This document shows positions 1 to 9,169 of a stretch of 30,582 nt of DNA, one piece after another. This stretch comes from a virus (lineage: Duplodnaviria > Caudoviricetes). Under the pieces are notes generated by a model. The model did not search any database and was not told the DNA's origin. It was given only the letters and a program-made list of their open reading frames with translations. The number at the start of each line of letters is the position of its first letter. Within the stretch, counting starts at the first letter, position 1. Made by a program: the position numbers and the translations under genes. Location: IMG/VR virus record IMGVR_UViG_3300034106_005968, positions 1 through 30,582 of that record; one strand, written 5' to 3'.

Positions 1-2
1 CC

Positions 3-53
3 TTATATGTAAGTTCTTCTAGTCCAGTTTCAGTAATATATCATACAAATTAA
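3..53 (+). CDS. 3' end of an upstream gene (partial, ...LYVSSSSPVSVIYHTN*)
   Basis: Frame 3 is open from the window edge to TAA at 51-53, 4 nt before ATG 58, like other tight junctions here. Confidence 0.45.
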   Translation, partial: LYVSSSSPVSVIYHTN

Positions 54-57
54 TTTT

Positions 58-1686
58 ATGTCAAATATTTACGATCCTAACTTTAATAAGAACGTTGTAG
101 AGGTTTATACAGAAGAACCTGGTTTTACTGGATACAAAGGTTTAGATTGGACGAAGTTAGATAGCATAGAGGATATACTAACTGGCGTAGGTGGAAATGG
201 ACCAAATTATTATCTGAGCGGAATTCGATACAATACTAGTGGAATCAAAGATGATACAGCTAGCATTGATAGCAAATTGTTTGTCACAGGAGACCCATTT
301 CCAGCTGGTGTTCAAGGCACAATAGTTTTTCAAGCAGATTTAAGTTCTCAATTTGATAATGTTGATATTAGCGGAACAGCAGGAACTAATATTAATGAAA
401 TTAAAAATAATTTAGCAGATGGGGTAGATGTTAATGTAACAAATTTTGCATCTCAATCAGCTTATGTTGATGCATTTGGTAGGCAAAGAATTTCAAATCC
501 ATTTACTCTTGCAGATTATTCTCATGTTTACGGAGAAGATACAGAATTATTAACCAAAACTAGTGGCACAAATTCTAATATAACATTTTATATCAATCAA
601 GCAAAAGCAGTACTACAAGTTGGAACTGGAGCTAATGATTTTACTATTCACCAAAGCAGAATGTATCATCACTACATGCCAGGAAAAAGTCAATTGACTT
701 TTCAAAGTTTTAATTTTACAGGATATAGAGCTGGCACAAATAAAAGAATTGGTCTTTTTGATGATTATAATGGTATATTCTTTGAACAAAGTGGAGATGG
801 TACTTTATCTCTTGTTTTAAGATCTAATGTATCTGGATATGTATACGATCAAAGAGTTACTCAAAATAATTGGAATATAGATAAATGTAATGGAACTGGA
901 GTTGATCAATTTAATTTAGATATAGCAAAAACACAATTATTTACTGCAGATTTTCAATGGTTAGGAGTAGGCAGAGTACGAGCTGGTTTTGTACATGATG
1001 GTGAAGCAGTAATTGCTCATGAATTCTATAATAGCAATAATAAATCAACTGTTTATTGGAGCAATCCAAATTTACCTATTCGTTGCGAAATTAGAAATTA
1101 CGCCACAGCAGTTGGAACAGATACTATGGATCAAATTTGTGCCACAGTTATTAGTGAAGGTGGGTATAACGAAGCTGGTATTGATTTTAGCGCAAGAAAT
1201 AATAATCCAATATCAGTAAATAAAACATCAAAAATACCAGTATTAGCCATTGCATTAAAAACTGGTTATTATGGAAAACCAAATAGAAGCGTTGTTAGAC
1301 CACTTAATGTAAATGCAGCTACATTAGACGCTCCTATAGTTTATGAATTTTGGCGTTTACCAAGCACAGGATCAATTACTGGTGGAAATTGGATTAGTGC
1401 AGGTGATGAAAGTGTCGTGCAATATAATGCTAATCCTAGTAGCGTAAATTATACAAGTGGGATAATGATAAACGATGGTTTTGTAATTGCTGGTGGACAA
1501 GGAGCAGGAAAATTTTCAAGTCAATCATCTAATCCAGCTATCGGAAGTGCAAAACGAGGTTACATTAGTCAAAATATAGATAGCACAGATAGTAATATTT
1601 TCCTTATTGTTACATCAGGAATTAATCCAACTGCAACATATCCTACGAGTACTTTTGCCTCAATTCAATGGCGAGAAACTAGATAA
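58..1686 (+). CDS. Putative virion structural protein (shared N-terminal module plus beta-rich DAFGRxR-type domain)
   Basis: 542 aa; DAFGRQRISNPFTL and DFQWLGVGRVRAGF resemble a widespread aquatic-phage structural domain; first 100 aa are 88/100 identical to ORF 1727. Confidence 0.7.
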   Translation: MSNIYDPNFNKNVVEVYTEEPGFTGYKGLDWTKLDSIEDILTGVGGNGPNYYLSGIRYNTSGIKDDTASIDSKLFVTGDPFPAGVQGTIVFQADLSSQFDNVDISGTAGTNINEIKNNLADGVDVNVTNFASQSAYVDAFGRQRISNPFTLADYSHVYGEDTELLTKTSGTNSNITFYINQAKAVLQVGTGANDFTIHQSRMYHHYMPGKSQLTFQSFNFTGYRAGTNKRIGLFDDYNGIFFEQSGDGTLSLVLRSNVSGYVYDQRVTQNNWNIDKCNGTGVDQFNLDIAKTQLFTADFQWLGVGRVRAGFVHDGEAVIAHEFYNSNNKSTVYWSNPNLPIRCEIRNYATAVGTDTMDQICATVISEGGYNEAGIDFSARNNNPISVNKTSKIPVLAIALKTGYYGKPNRSVVRPLNVNAATLDAPIVYEFWRLPSTGSITGGNWISAGDESVVQYNANPSSVNYTSGIMINDGFVIAGGQGAGKFSSQSSNPAIGSAKRGYISQNIDSTDSNIFLIVTSGINPTATYPTSTFASIQWRETR

Positions 1687-1712
1687 TTTATAATATATAT
1701 TTTAATTTTAAG

Positions 1713-1718
1713 GTGTAA
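1713..1718 (+). promoter_or_regulatory. GTGTAA motif (putative phage late promoter)
   Basis: GTGTAA followed by exactly 8 nt and ATG 1727. Confidence 0.7.
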
Positions 1719-1726
1719 TAATATTT

Positions 1727-2353
1727 ATGGCAAATATTTATGACCCTAATTTTAATAAAAATGTAGTTGAAGTCTACACAGAAGAGCCTGGATTTACAGG
1801 CTATAAAGGATTAGATTGGACGAAGTTAGATAGCATAGAAGATATATTAACTGGGGTTGGTGGTACTGGACCCAATTTTTATCTAAGTGGCATTTTAAAT
1901 ACTACAAGTGGTATTTTAAATGATACAATTTCAATTGATAGTAAATTATTTATTACTGGCGATCCATATCCAGCAGGAGTCCAAGGAACAATTGTATTCC
2001 AAGCCGATTTAAGTCAACAATTTGATGCAGTAACCACTTTTCCAGAGCAAAGTACTGGCATTAGCAATTTTACAGCAAGTGGAAGTAATGGTACAATATT
2101 ACAAGCAAATTCAATTCGTAGAGAATTATTTGTTCAAAACTTAGATACTGGGGTACTTTATGTTAAATATGGTTTAGATGCAAATGCTAGTAGTTTTAAT
2201 TTTGTACTTGCTGCAAATAGTTCAATAAACGCTGGTGACGGTGGAACTTTAAATGATCAAGGTTATTTTGGACCAGTTAGCGTTAGTGGATTATCTGCCC
2301 CAAGATATATTAGTTGGGAAAGAACGAATACAGGTAAAAGCCCATTAGTATAA
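1727..2353 (+). CDS. Putative virion structural/decoration protein, paralog of 58..1686 in its N-terminal 100 aa
   Basis: 208 aa; shared N-terminus plus small beta domain RRELFVQNLDTGVLYVKYG typical of phage decoration/spike domains. Confidence 0.65.
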   Translation: MANIYDPNFNKNVVEVYTEEPGFTGYKGLDWTKLDSIEDILTGVGGTGPNFYLSGILNTTSGILNDTISIDSKLFITGDPYPAGVQGTIVFQADLSQQFDAVTTFPEQSTGISNFTASGSNGTILQANSIRRELFVQNLDTGVLYVKYGLDANASSFNFVLAANSSINAGDGGTLNDQGYFGPVSVSGLSAPRYISWERTNTGKSPLV

Positions 2354-2354
2354 T

Positions 2355-3536
2355 ATGGAAATTGATTTAACAAATAATATTATCGCAGCGAAAAAAGGCA
2401 AAGCACCTTTAAATAAACCATTTCGTCTTCCCTCTGGAAGCAAAAAGAAATTTGGTGTTTATGTAAAGAATGATAAAGGTAATATTGTAAAAGTTACTTT
2501 TGGCGACCCAAATATGTCCATCAAAAGAGACAATCCAGAAAGACGCAAAGCATATAGATCAAGACATGGTTGCGATAGTCCTGGCCCAAAATGGAAAGCT
2601 AATTACTGGTCTTGTAAAATGTGGAGCGCAAAACCAGTAAGTAAAATTACTGGAAGCGAAGAAGAAATCAATTTAGAAGCAGAAGTCCAAGGAAAAAGCA
2701 AAGGACTCTGGTACAATATTCAACAAAAGAAAAAAAGAATGGGTAAAAATTATCGCCCAGCTCCAAAAGGCTCAAAAGATCGCCCAAGTCAAGAAGCTCT
2801 TAAAAAAGCTCAAGCAGAAGATTACTCTAACGAACAATACGAATGGGATGGCGAAACAGAATTTGATCAAAATGAATTAATGACAGCAGAATTAATTAAT
2901 GCAGAAGAAATGGAATCTCCAGAAGAAGAACTACAAGATTACAAAGAAGATTTTTATGAAATGATAGTTGGCTCAATTAATTCTATTTATCAACATTCAA
3001 AAAATATTTTAGATAAACTAAATGATCCAATGGTAAAAGAAAATCTTACTGAACCATTTTTACAACAAATGGCTGCTCTTGCAGAAGACTATATGATTAC
3101 AATTCATAATTATGTAATGTTTAACAAAGAGAATGAAGAATCAGAAAATATGCAAGAAAGCGAAGCTTCTATGATTTTCAAAGTTGGCGATAAAGTCAGA
3201 AATGTAAATGCAGAATGTAAGCACTACGGAAGCGAAGGAATAGTTAAAGAAATTCGTGATCTACCAGAAGACATGGGATATGCAGTTATGTACGAATGTA
3301 CAAATGATGGATCATCTTGGAAAAAGGGTGACATGCTCGGTAAAACAGAAATTCAATTAGTAAAAGCTTCTTATAATGAAAAATATCAAATAGAAGCAGA
3401 CGAAGAATACAAAAAAATGATGACCATTGAAGGCGAAAAATTCAATGAGTTCTTAAAAAAATGTATTCCTACAAAAAAAGGTGATGATAAATCTAAATTT
3501 AAATCTTGCCTTGAAGACTACAAAAAAAATAAGTAA
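2355..3536 (+). CDS. Multi-domain phage protein, possible internal head protein
   Basis: Basic domain KKFGVYVKNDKGNIVKVTFGDPNMSIK...RHGC...YWSCKMW, basic GLWYNIQ...DRPSQEALKK module and SH3/KOW-like FKVGDKV domain, separated by acidic linkers. Confidence 0.6.
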   Translation: MEIDLTNNIIAAKKGKAPLNKPFRLPSGSKKKFGVYVKNDKGNIVKVTFGDPNMSIKRDNPERRKAYRSRHGCDSPGPKWKANYWSCKMWSAKPVSKITGSEEEINLEAEVQGKSKGLWYNIQQKKKRMGKNYRPAPKGSKDRPSQEALKKAQAEDYSNEQYEWDGETEFDQNELMTAELINAEEMESPEEELQDYKEDFYEMIVGSINSIYQHSKNILDKLNDPMVKENLTEPFLQQMAALAEDYMITIHNYVMFNKENEESENMQESEASMIFKVGDKVRNVNAECKHYGSEGIVKEIRDLPEDMGYAVMYECTNDGSSWKKGDMLGKTEIQLVKASYNEKYQIEADEEYKKMMTIEGEKFNEFLKKCIPTKKGDDKSKFKSCLEDYKKNK

Positions 3537-4047
3537 ACTCTGGAACTGGAAAACAAAAACATTACTTGTTGGGGTTGCGTTAATCGTATCTTGGATCTCC
3601 TGCTTAAAAATTGGATTTGAATTAAAGAAATATAACTCAATAACAAATCTTCCTAATTCTTGCTTTGTTGATGCAATGATTTATGCTTCTAGATGTAATC
3701 TTCTTTTAGTAACTACCTCAGACTCTTGGAATAGTGTTTATGGTTTTACTTTTGGCTATAAAGACGACAAAGAAGCTATCCTTGGTCATGCAGTTTGTGT
3801 TTTTGAGTATAATAATAACTTATGGATGTATGATCCTAATTGGGGTACATCTCCAATATGTCAAATTGGAGATAGAAAAAGATACAAAGAAAAAATAAAA
3901 TTGCATATAAACAAAAATTACCCTATAATAGTAATAGAGGATTTTATGTTAAATGATTGGACATATGTTCAAAAAGCAAAGAAAAATAAAATGAACAATT
4001 CATATAAAGAAGTGTCTATACATTTAGATGAAAACAAGAAGGAGTAA
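3481..4047 (+). CDS. Membrane-anchored papain-fold/transglutaminase-like Cys-His-Asp enzyme
   Basis: N-terminal hydrophobic helix LLVGVALIVSWISCL; spaced motifs NSCF, GHAVCVF and WMYDPNWG; start uncertain (GTG 3481, ATG 3484 or TTG 3511). Confidence 0.6.
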   Translation: MMINLNLNLALKTTKKISKLWNWKTKTLLVGVALIVSWISCLKIGFELKKYNSITNLPNSCFVDAMIYASRCNLLLVTTSDSWNSVYGFTFGYKDDKEAILGHAVCVFEYNNNLWMYDPNWGTSPICQIGDRKRYKEKIKLHINKNYPIIVIEDFMLNDWTYVQKAKKNKMNNSYKEVSIHLDENKKE

Positions 4048-4056
4048 ACTAATATC

Positions 4057-4782
4057 ATGAAAATAAACCTACTAAAAAGGTTACTAAGAAACACAGCCGC
4101 AAAATTAATTGCGGCTTTTTTAATGCTCAGTAGCGGCCAGTCAAACGCTGCACTTGTCCTGACCAATGGCAGCTTTAGTGATACGACTGGTCTAAGTATT
4201 GTTGGCGGTGGTTGGTATTCTGGCGTTCCAATCGGCTGGAGTAGCGACAGACCAGATACAACTTATTCAGTCTTAAATACTGGCGATACTTATGTTGCCA
4301 ACTTGTCTCAACTCACTCGTATATCTCCTGCATTTTCTGCTCTCACTCAAAGCGTTGGAACTACAGATTATTTTGGTGATGTTACGATGAAGTTTGACAT
4401 GTCAACCTTCATTAATGCTCCTGATTGGCAAGTTGGGGCTGCGATCTATTCAAACAACTTCGGTAGTCTCCTTGCCCTTAAGCAAATCAAAAACGGAAGC
4501 GCATTTGCAGACCCTGTAACAGGTGACGTTCCAAACGGTATCGGAACCTTTGAGCTCACAGCGTTGAATGTCGCCGCAGGATCCGATATTCAAGTCGCCT
4601 TCTGGACAACTGGAGGCACTCCAGCCTTGACCAATGTCTCTATAATTCCTGAACCTACAGCATTGGAGTTAATCTCACTGCCAGTAAAAGTGGGTCTGTA
4701 CATGGTGGATAATATTTCAAAGAATATTTACACATGTGGAATAAACCCTAGAAAATTTAATGCACTACACATTGTGTACTAA
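4057..4782 (+). CDS. PEP-CTERM-like exported protein 1 (non-canonical tail)
   Basis: AAGGAG SD upstream; signal peptide ending SNA/A; beta-rich passenger; IIPEPTALELI without a following TM helix and basic cluster. Confidence 0.75.
   Translation: MKINLLKRLLRNTAAKLIAAFLMLSSGQSNAALVLTNGSFSDTTGLSIVGGGWYSGVPIGWSSDRPDTTYSVLNTGDTYVANLSQLTRISPAFSALTQSVGTTDYFGDVTMKFDMSTFINAPDWQVGAAIYSNNFGSLLALKQIKNGSAFADPVTGDVPNGIGTFELTALNVAAGSDIQVAFWTTGGTPALTNVSIIPEPTALELISLPVKVGLYMVDNISKNIYTCGINPRKFNALHIVY
4095..4121 (+). terminator. Intrinsic terminator-like hairpin inside the 5' end of gene 4057
   Basis: AGCCGCAA-aattaa-TTGCGGCT perfect 8-bp stem running into a T-tract (4116-4121). Confidence 0.55.
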
Positions 4783-4785
4783 TTT

Positions 4786-5616
4786 ATGAAAAAAACAATA
4801 ACAACAATACTAACAATAGCAATACTAGCTATATCTAATATCTCACAATCAGCAGTATCATATGTAGGTACTGAGACTGGAGGCGCAAGCAATGGCTATT
4901 CAGTACAAAATTGGTCAAACGCTAGTGTATCTAAAGCTTATGATGTAGGAGGCGATGTATATGGTTCTTCTGGCTACATTCAAATACGTCCTATGCCTTG
5001 GGATCCAAGTTCAGCAAGTATTGGTGAAGCTACAGGTTCTGGAAACCTTCTTGGCACAGATGCAAGCTCCAATCCTTCATTGAGTTTAACTCCATCTTTT
5101 GTTAGTTCATTTTCTGGAGGAGCAGGTACATTTGTTAACTATGGTGGTTATAATATTTTTAGAGGCCCTGATGGTTCATTGCTTTACAGACAAGGCGCAT
5201 TATCAGTACCAGTGAACAATGGTCCTTATGATACACCCGCAGGATCGAATAATGGTTATTTTGGTGTGGCTTTTAGTTTTACCATAAATGCTCCAACCAC
5301 ATTCAGATTTGGTTTAACTGTAGATACAGCTGCTAATGGTTTGTATGCACCAGATTATGTGGGTGTGTACAGTGCCAGAACAGGCACAGTTCTCTCCACG
5401 CAATTAACCAGAGATGGTAATCCTGATATGGCAGTCTTTGAAATTGAAGCATTAGTAAATGAAACATTTACAGTATCAGTATGGCAATTAGCTGGCACTC
5501 AAAGTATTGCTCCTTTTAGTTTAGCTACATTTGATGCTGTTGCAATTCCAGAACCTCTTACGATTAGCCTAATTCCAATTACATTATTTCTTGCATGTAG
5601 AAAAAGAAAAATATGA
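4786..5616 (+). CDS. PEP-CTERM sorting-domain protein 2
   Basis: Signal peptide MKKTITTILTIAILAISNISQSA; C-terminus IPEPLTISLIPITLFLACRKRKI (PEP, hydrophobic stretch, basic cluster). Confidence 0.88.
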   Translation: MKKTITTILTIAILAISNISQSAVSYVGTETGGASNGYSVQNWSNASVSKAYDVGGDVYGSSGYIQIRPMPWDPSSASIGEATGSGNLLGTDASSNPSLSLTPSFVSSFSGGAGTFVNYGGYNIFRGPDGSLLYRQGALSVPVNNGPYDTPAGSNNGYFGVAFSFTINAPTTFRFGLTVDTAANGLYAPDYVGVYSARTGTVLSTQLTRDGNPDMAVFEIEALVNETFTVSVWQLAGTQSIAPFSLATFDAVAIPEPLTISLIPITLFLACRKRKI

Positions 5617-7241
5617 AAAAAATAATACTAACAATACTAACAGTACTAACATTAACTTTTTATTCACACGCTGCGACAGATACTTGGAGTGGCGCCACAA
5701 GTAGCGACTGGTCCACTGGAGCCAACTGGAGCCTTGGCTATGCTCCGACAAGTGTAGATATGGCAAGATTTATGTGGTCCACAGCAAATGCTCCGACTCT
5801 TGGCGCGGGTTCTTTTATAACCACAAAAATGTATTTTTTCTCCAGCGGAGCTCTGCCGAATTATAATTTCACTGGTGCGGGTAGTGCTAACACGACACTA
5901 AAAATCGATCCTAATTCGGGCTCGACGGTAAGTTTCATTGAAAACGCTGGAGGCACTTCGGGTGGAATCAATCAAACCTTTAGTAATTTAACTCTTCTGC
6001 TTCAGGATTCTAATCTAACAGGGCAGACGAAAATTCAAACTGGAGACGGACGATCAGTTACCATCGCTTCGAATGCAACCTTGCAAATTGGATTTACAAC
6101 TACCCAGACGGTGATACTTGAGGCGAACTCGCCTCAAACAGGATCTGGCACACTAAATGTCAACGGTGTGCTGAACGCTGGAGTTACAGGTTCAACCATC
6201 TCGGTTGAGAAATCAGGGGTCTTAAACTTGAACTTGGCGGCGGGAAGTGATTTCACCAATCTGCAACTGAGTTCCAAAAATGGTGGTGTAATTAATTTTT
6301 TGGCTGGTGGAGACTTGGGAGGATCTGTCTCGATATATTCTGGTGGTGTTGCTAACGTAGCCACATCTGGCATGACATTAGATACAACACAGTTTTCTAT
6401 AGTGAGTGGTGGAAAAATCAGCACAACGTACACCAGCGGAACTTCAACCCTTGGCGGATTGCTCAGTCTCGCAAATGGGACAGGGGGGCCAACAAGCACA
6501 TTTGATGTCGCTTCTGGCGGAATCTTGGCGCTGACTAATCGAGTTCAATTGGGTAGTGCTTCGGCAATTGTAGAGAAAACTGGAAACGGAACGTTAGCTC
6601 TCACCTATTCTGGTGGAACTGGGAACTCCTTTACCGCAAGTGCATTTAATGTCAAGGCAGGAACTCTTCTGGTGAATAATATTGGGAACAGTACGGCCAG
6701 TGCTGCTGCTGTCAATATTTTCTCTGGAGCGACTCTTGCTGGAGCGGGTAGGATTACGGGTGCGACCACAATCAGCGGTATCTTAGCGCCAGGAAACAGC
6801 ATTGGTACACTCACGGTAGCAAATGATGTGACTTGGAATGGAAGTCTATTAGGCGGGGATGCAACTACTGATTGGAAGTTTGAGTTGGGCGCAGCTAACA
6901 CGGCGGATCTTCTCCAGATTACTGGTGCAGAAAGCGAGTTTATCAAAGGCACAGGAACGACTTTTCGTTTTGATTTCTTGGGCAGCACAGCTACAGGTAC
7001 ATTCAAGCTGGTGGATTGGGATAGCATTGTGCCATGGACTGGTGGTGAGGTGGAAGGCACAAACTTTAGTATAGCAGATTTCACCTACACTAATCTGGGG
7101 GGTAGCAATTTTGGTACTTTTCAATTTAACGGATCTCAGCTCGAGTTTCAAGCTATTCCTGAACCATCAGCTGCATCTTTAATGGTTCTAGGAGGAGCAG
7201 CACTATCATTACTTGGACTAAGAAGGATTAAAAATTCATGA
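5613..7241 (+). CDS. PEP-CTERM protein 3 with autotransporter-associated beta-strand repeat passenger
   Basis: Signal peptide; WSGATSSDWSTGANWS, VEKTGNGTLALT, LAPGNSIGTLTV; tail IPEPSAASLMVLGGAALSLLGLRRIKNS. Confidence 0.92.
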   Translation: MKKIILTILTVLTLTFYSHAATDTWSGATSSDWSTGANWSLGYAPTSVDMARFMWSTANAPTLGAGSFITTKMYFFSSGALPNYNFTGAGSANTTLKIDPNSGSTVSFIENAGGTSGGINQTFSNLTLLLQDSNLTGQTKIQTGDGRSVTIASNATLQIGFTTTQTVILEANSPQTGSGTLNVNGVLNAGVTGSTISVEKSGVLNLNLAAGSDFTNLQLSSKNGGVINFLAGGDLGGSVSIYSGGVANVATSGMTLDTTQFSIVSGGKISTTYTSGTSTLGGLLSLANGTGGPTSTFDVASGGILALTNRVQLGSASAIVEKTGNGTLALTYSGGTGNSFTASAFNVKAGTLLVNNIGNSTASAAAVNIFSGATLAGAGRITGATTISGILAPGNSIGTLTVANDVTWNGSLLGGDATTDWKFELGAANTADLLQITGAESEFIKGTGTTFRFDFLGSTATGTFKLVDWDSIVPWTGGEVEGTNFSIADFTYTNLGGSNFGTFQFNGSQLEFQAIPEPSAASLMVLGGAALSLLGLRRIKNS

Positions 7242-9007
7242 AAAAACTAATAACAACAATACTAACAACAGCTCTATTAACTATAGCTAATAATGCTCAA
7301 GCAGTAGTTTTTTTGTGGAATAATACTGGAACAAATTGGACATCTCCAACAAGCTGGACCAATGGCGTACAACCATCATCAACTAGTTCTAGTACCACCA
7401 CAGATGAAATTCAGTTTGGCAATGTTGGAGCCAATAACAATACTGTTGTGTTGACTTCAGCCACCAGAGCTGCTCAGAATATAACATTCTTAACAAATGC
7501 TAATGCATATAATATTAACAGTTTCAATGGCGCTCAAACATTATCATCTAGAGCAGGAATTACAAATAATTCTACTGCTACTCAAACATTTAATATATTA
7601 GTAGAAAATGCTAATAATAGTAATACATGGTTTCAAACTGCAGGTGGCGAATTAGTATTCAATAATGTAGCTTCTCTCACAACTGCTTCTTCTAGCACAT
7701 CCAGACTATTAACTCTAGCAGGAGATGGTGCATTCACATTTAATAATGAATTGAGACAAGGTGGTTCAGCTACAGGTGGTAGAGTTTTATATACAGGCAA
7801 TGGTACAGTCACATTCAATGGCACTAACATTCTGGGTGGAGGGTTTGAAATTAAAGGAGGTGGCACTGTGAATGTGAATGGTGGCACTGGCATGGGCACA
7901 GGATTAATAACAATTGCAGCTGCAACTGGCACAACCAATGGTCCTAAATTGATAATCAATACAACCAATGGTCTATCTGTTGCCAACAGCTTCAAGGGTT
8001 CCAGCAGCTTATCTACCATGGCCACATTGGATTTACTAGCAGGCAATGATACAAATGCAGTCATGACCTTTGTTGTCAATCAGTATCAAGGCAACAACAT
8101 GAGCTTCACCAACCACGGTATAGGTAAAACACTGTTACAATTCACCAATGCTTCCAACATACTCACATCATCCACAGATAACAGTGGTGGCAGAAGATTG
8201 ATTAATAATAGCGCTAGTTTAACTATACAGTTTGATGGTACATTGGACATTGGATCCACAACTGCAGATGTTAATATTGTAGGTGGAGCAGGTGATTTTC
8301 TATTCAAAGGATCTCTGCTCAACACAGCCTCAGTGCTCAGAGGATTAACCAAGACAGGCACTGGCACAGTCACTTTGCAAGCGGTCAATACTTACAATGG
8401 AGAAACTATTGTTCAAGATGGCACATTAATAGTGAATGGTTCTTTGCAGAGCCCTCTGACTACAGTAAATAATGGAGCTTTATTGGGTGGATCTGGTTCA
8501 CTACAAGGAGTACTTTTAAATCGTGGCACTATATCAGCAGGAAATAGCGCTGGCTTATTAAGTATGAATAGTTTAAATGCAAGTAATGGTAATTTTATTT
8601 TTGAGTTAGGTGCACCAAGTTCTAGAGGCATTACTTACGATGCAATAGATGTAAGTAGTTTATTAACTCTTGGAACAGACACAGACTTTACATTTGAAAC
8701 ATTAAACAATTATGTATTTGCAGATGGAGATACTTACGATCTATTCAATTGGGGTTCAGCGGATATGACTAACTTTAATGTGTCAGTACTCGAAGCTGCA
8801 CTACCTTCTTTGGCAAGCACACCTGAATTGACATGGAATGTATCACAGTTTACTTTGGATGGTTCAGTTTCTGTTAGTATTATACCTGAGCCAACAGTAT
8901 TAGAATTAATAACTGCACCATGGCAAGCTTTAAAAGCTTTATGTAGAATGCAAGCAGAATTTGCAGAACAAAACCCCGTTATTGCTACCATACAAACAGG
9001 AATATAA
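7238..9007 (+). CDS. PEP-CTERM-like protein 4 with autotransporter-associated beta-strand repeats (non-canonical tail)
   Basis: Signal peptide MKKLITTILTTALLTIANNAQA; GLTKTGTGTVTLQAVNTYNGETIVQDGTLIV; ISAGNSAGLL; IIPEPTVLELI with no TM/basic end. Confidence 0.85.
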   Translation: MKKLITTILTTALLTIANNAQAVVFLWNNTGTNWTSPTSWTNGVQPSSTSSSTTTDEIQFGNVGANNNTVVLTSATRAAQNITFLTNANAYNINSFNGAQTLSSRAGITNNSTATQTFNILVENANNSNTWFQTAGGELVFNNVASLTTASSSTSRLLTLAGDGAFTFNNELRQGGSATGGRVLYTGNGTVTFNGTNILGGGFEIKGGGTVNVNGGTGMGTGLITIAAATGTTNGPKLIINTTNGLSVANSFKGSSSLSTMATLDLLAGNDTNAVMTFVVNQYQGNNMSFTNHGIGKTLLQFTNASNILTSSTDNSGGRRLINNSASLTIQFDGTLDIGSTTADVNIVGGAGDFLFKGSLLNTASVLRGLTKTGTGTVTLQAVNTYNGETIVQDGTLIVNGSLQSPLTTVNNGALLGGSGSLQGVLLNRGTISAGNSAGLLSMNSLNASNGNFIFELGAPSSRGITYDAIDVSSLLTLGTDTDFTFETLNNYVFADGDTYDLFNWGSADMTNFNVSVLEAALPSLASTPELTWNVSQFTLDGSVSVSIIPEPTVLELITAPWQALKALCRMQAEFAEQNPVIATIQTGI

Positions 9008-9010
9008 TTT

Positions 9011-9169
9011 ATGAAAAAACTAACAACATTAATTGGGGAGATAACTTCTTTTGCAACAGATGAAATGGTTAGTGTTATCTCTGTTCCAGAACCATCAGCT
9101 CTTCAATTATTTGGAATAGGTTTGATTTCTTTGCTCGCTTGTCATAGAATAAATAAAAGAAATGGATAA
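9011..9169 (+). CDS. Mini PEP-CTERM gene / empty cassette (52 aa), not in the ORF track
   Basis: MKKLTTLIGEITSFATDEMVSVISVPEPSALQLFGIGLISLLACHRINKRNG*: array-type leader start joined almost directly to a canonical VPEP-TM-basic tail. Confidence 0.8.
   Translation: MKKLTTLIGEITSFATDEMVSVISVPEPSALQLFGIGLISLLACHRINKRNG

Noticed and set aside
3481-4047. Exosortase call
   Set aside because: Only one TM segment and Cys-His-Asp order, unlike multi-TM exosortases
5584-8991. Many antisense and alternate-frame ORFs over the PEP-CTERM genes
   Set aside because: Shadow ORFs of GC-richer Gly/Thr-rich coding DNA; no motifs or start signals
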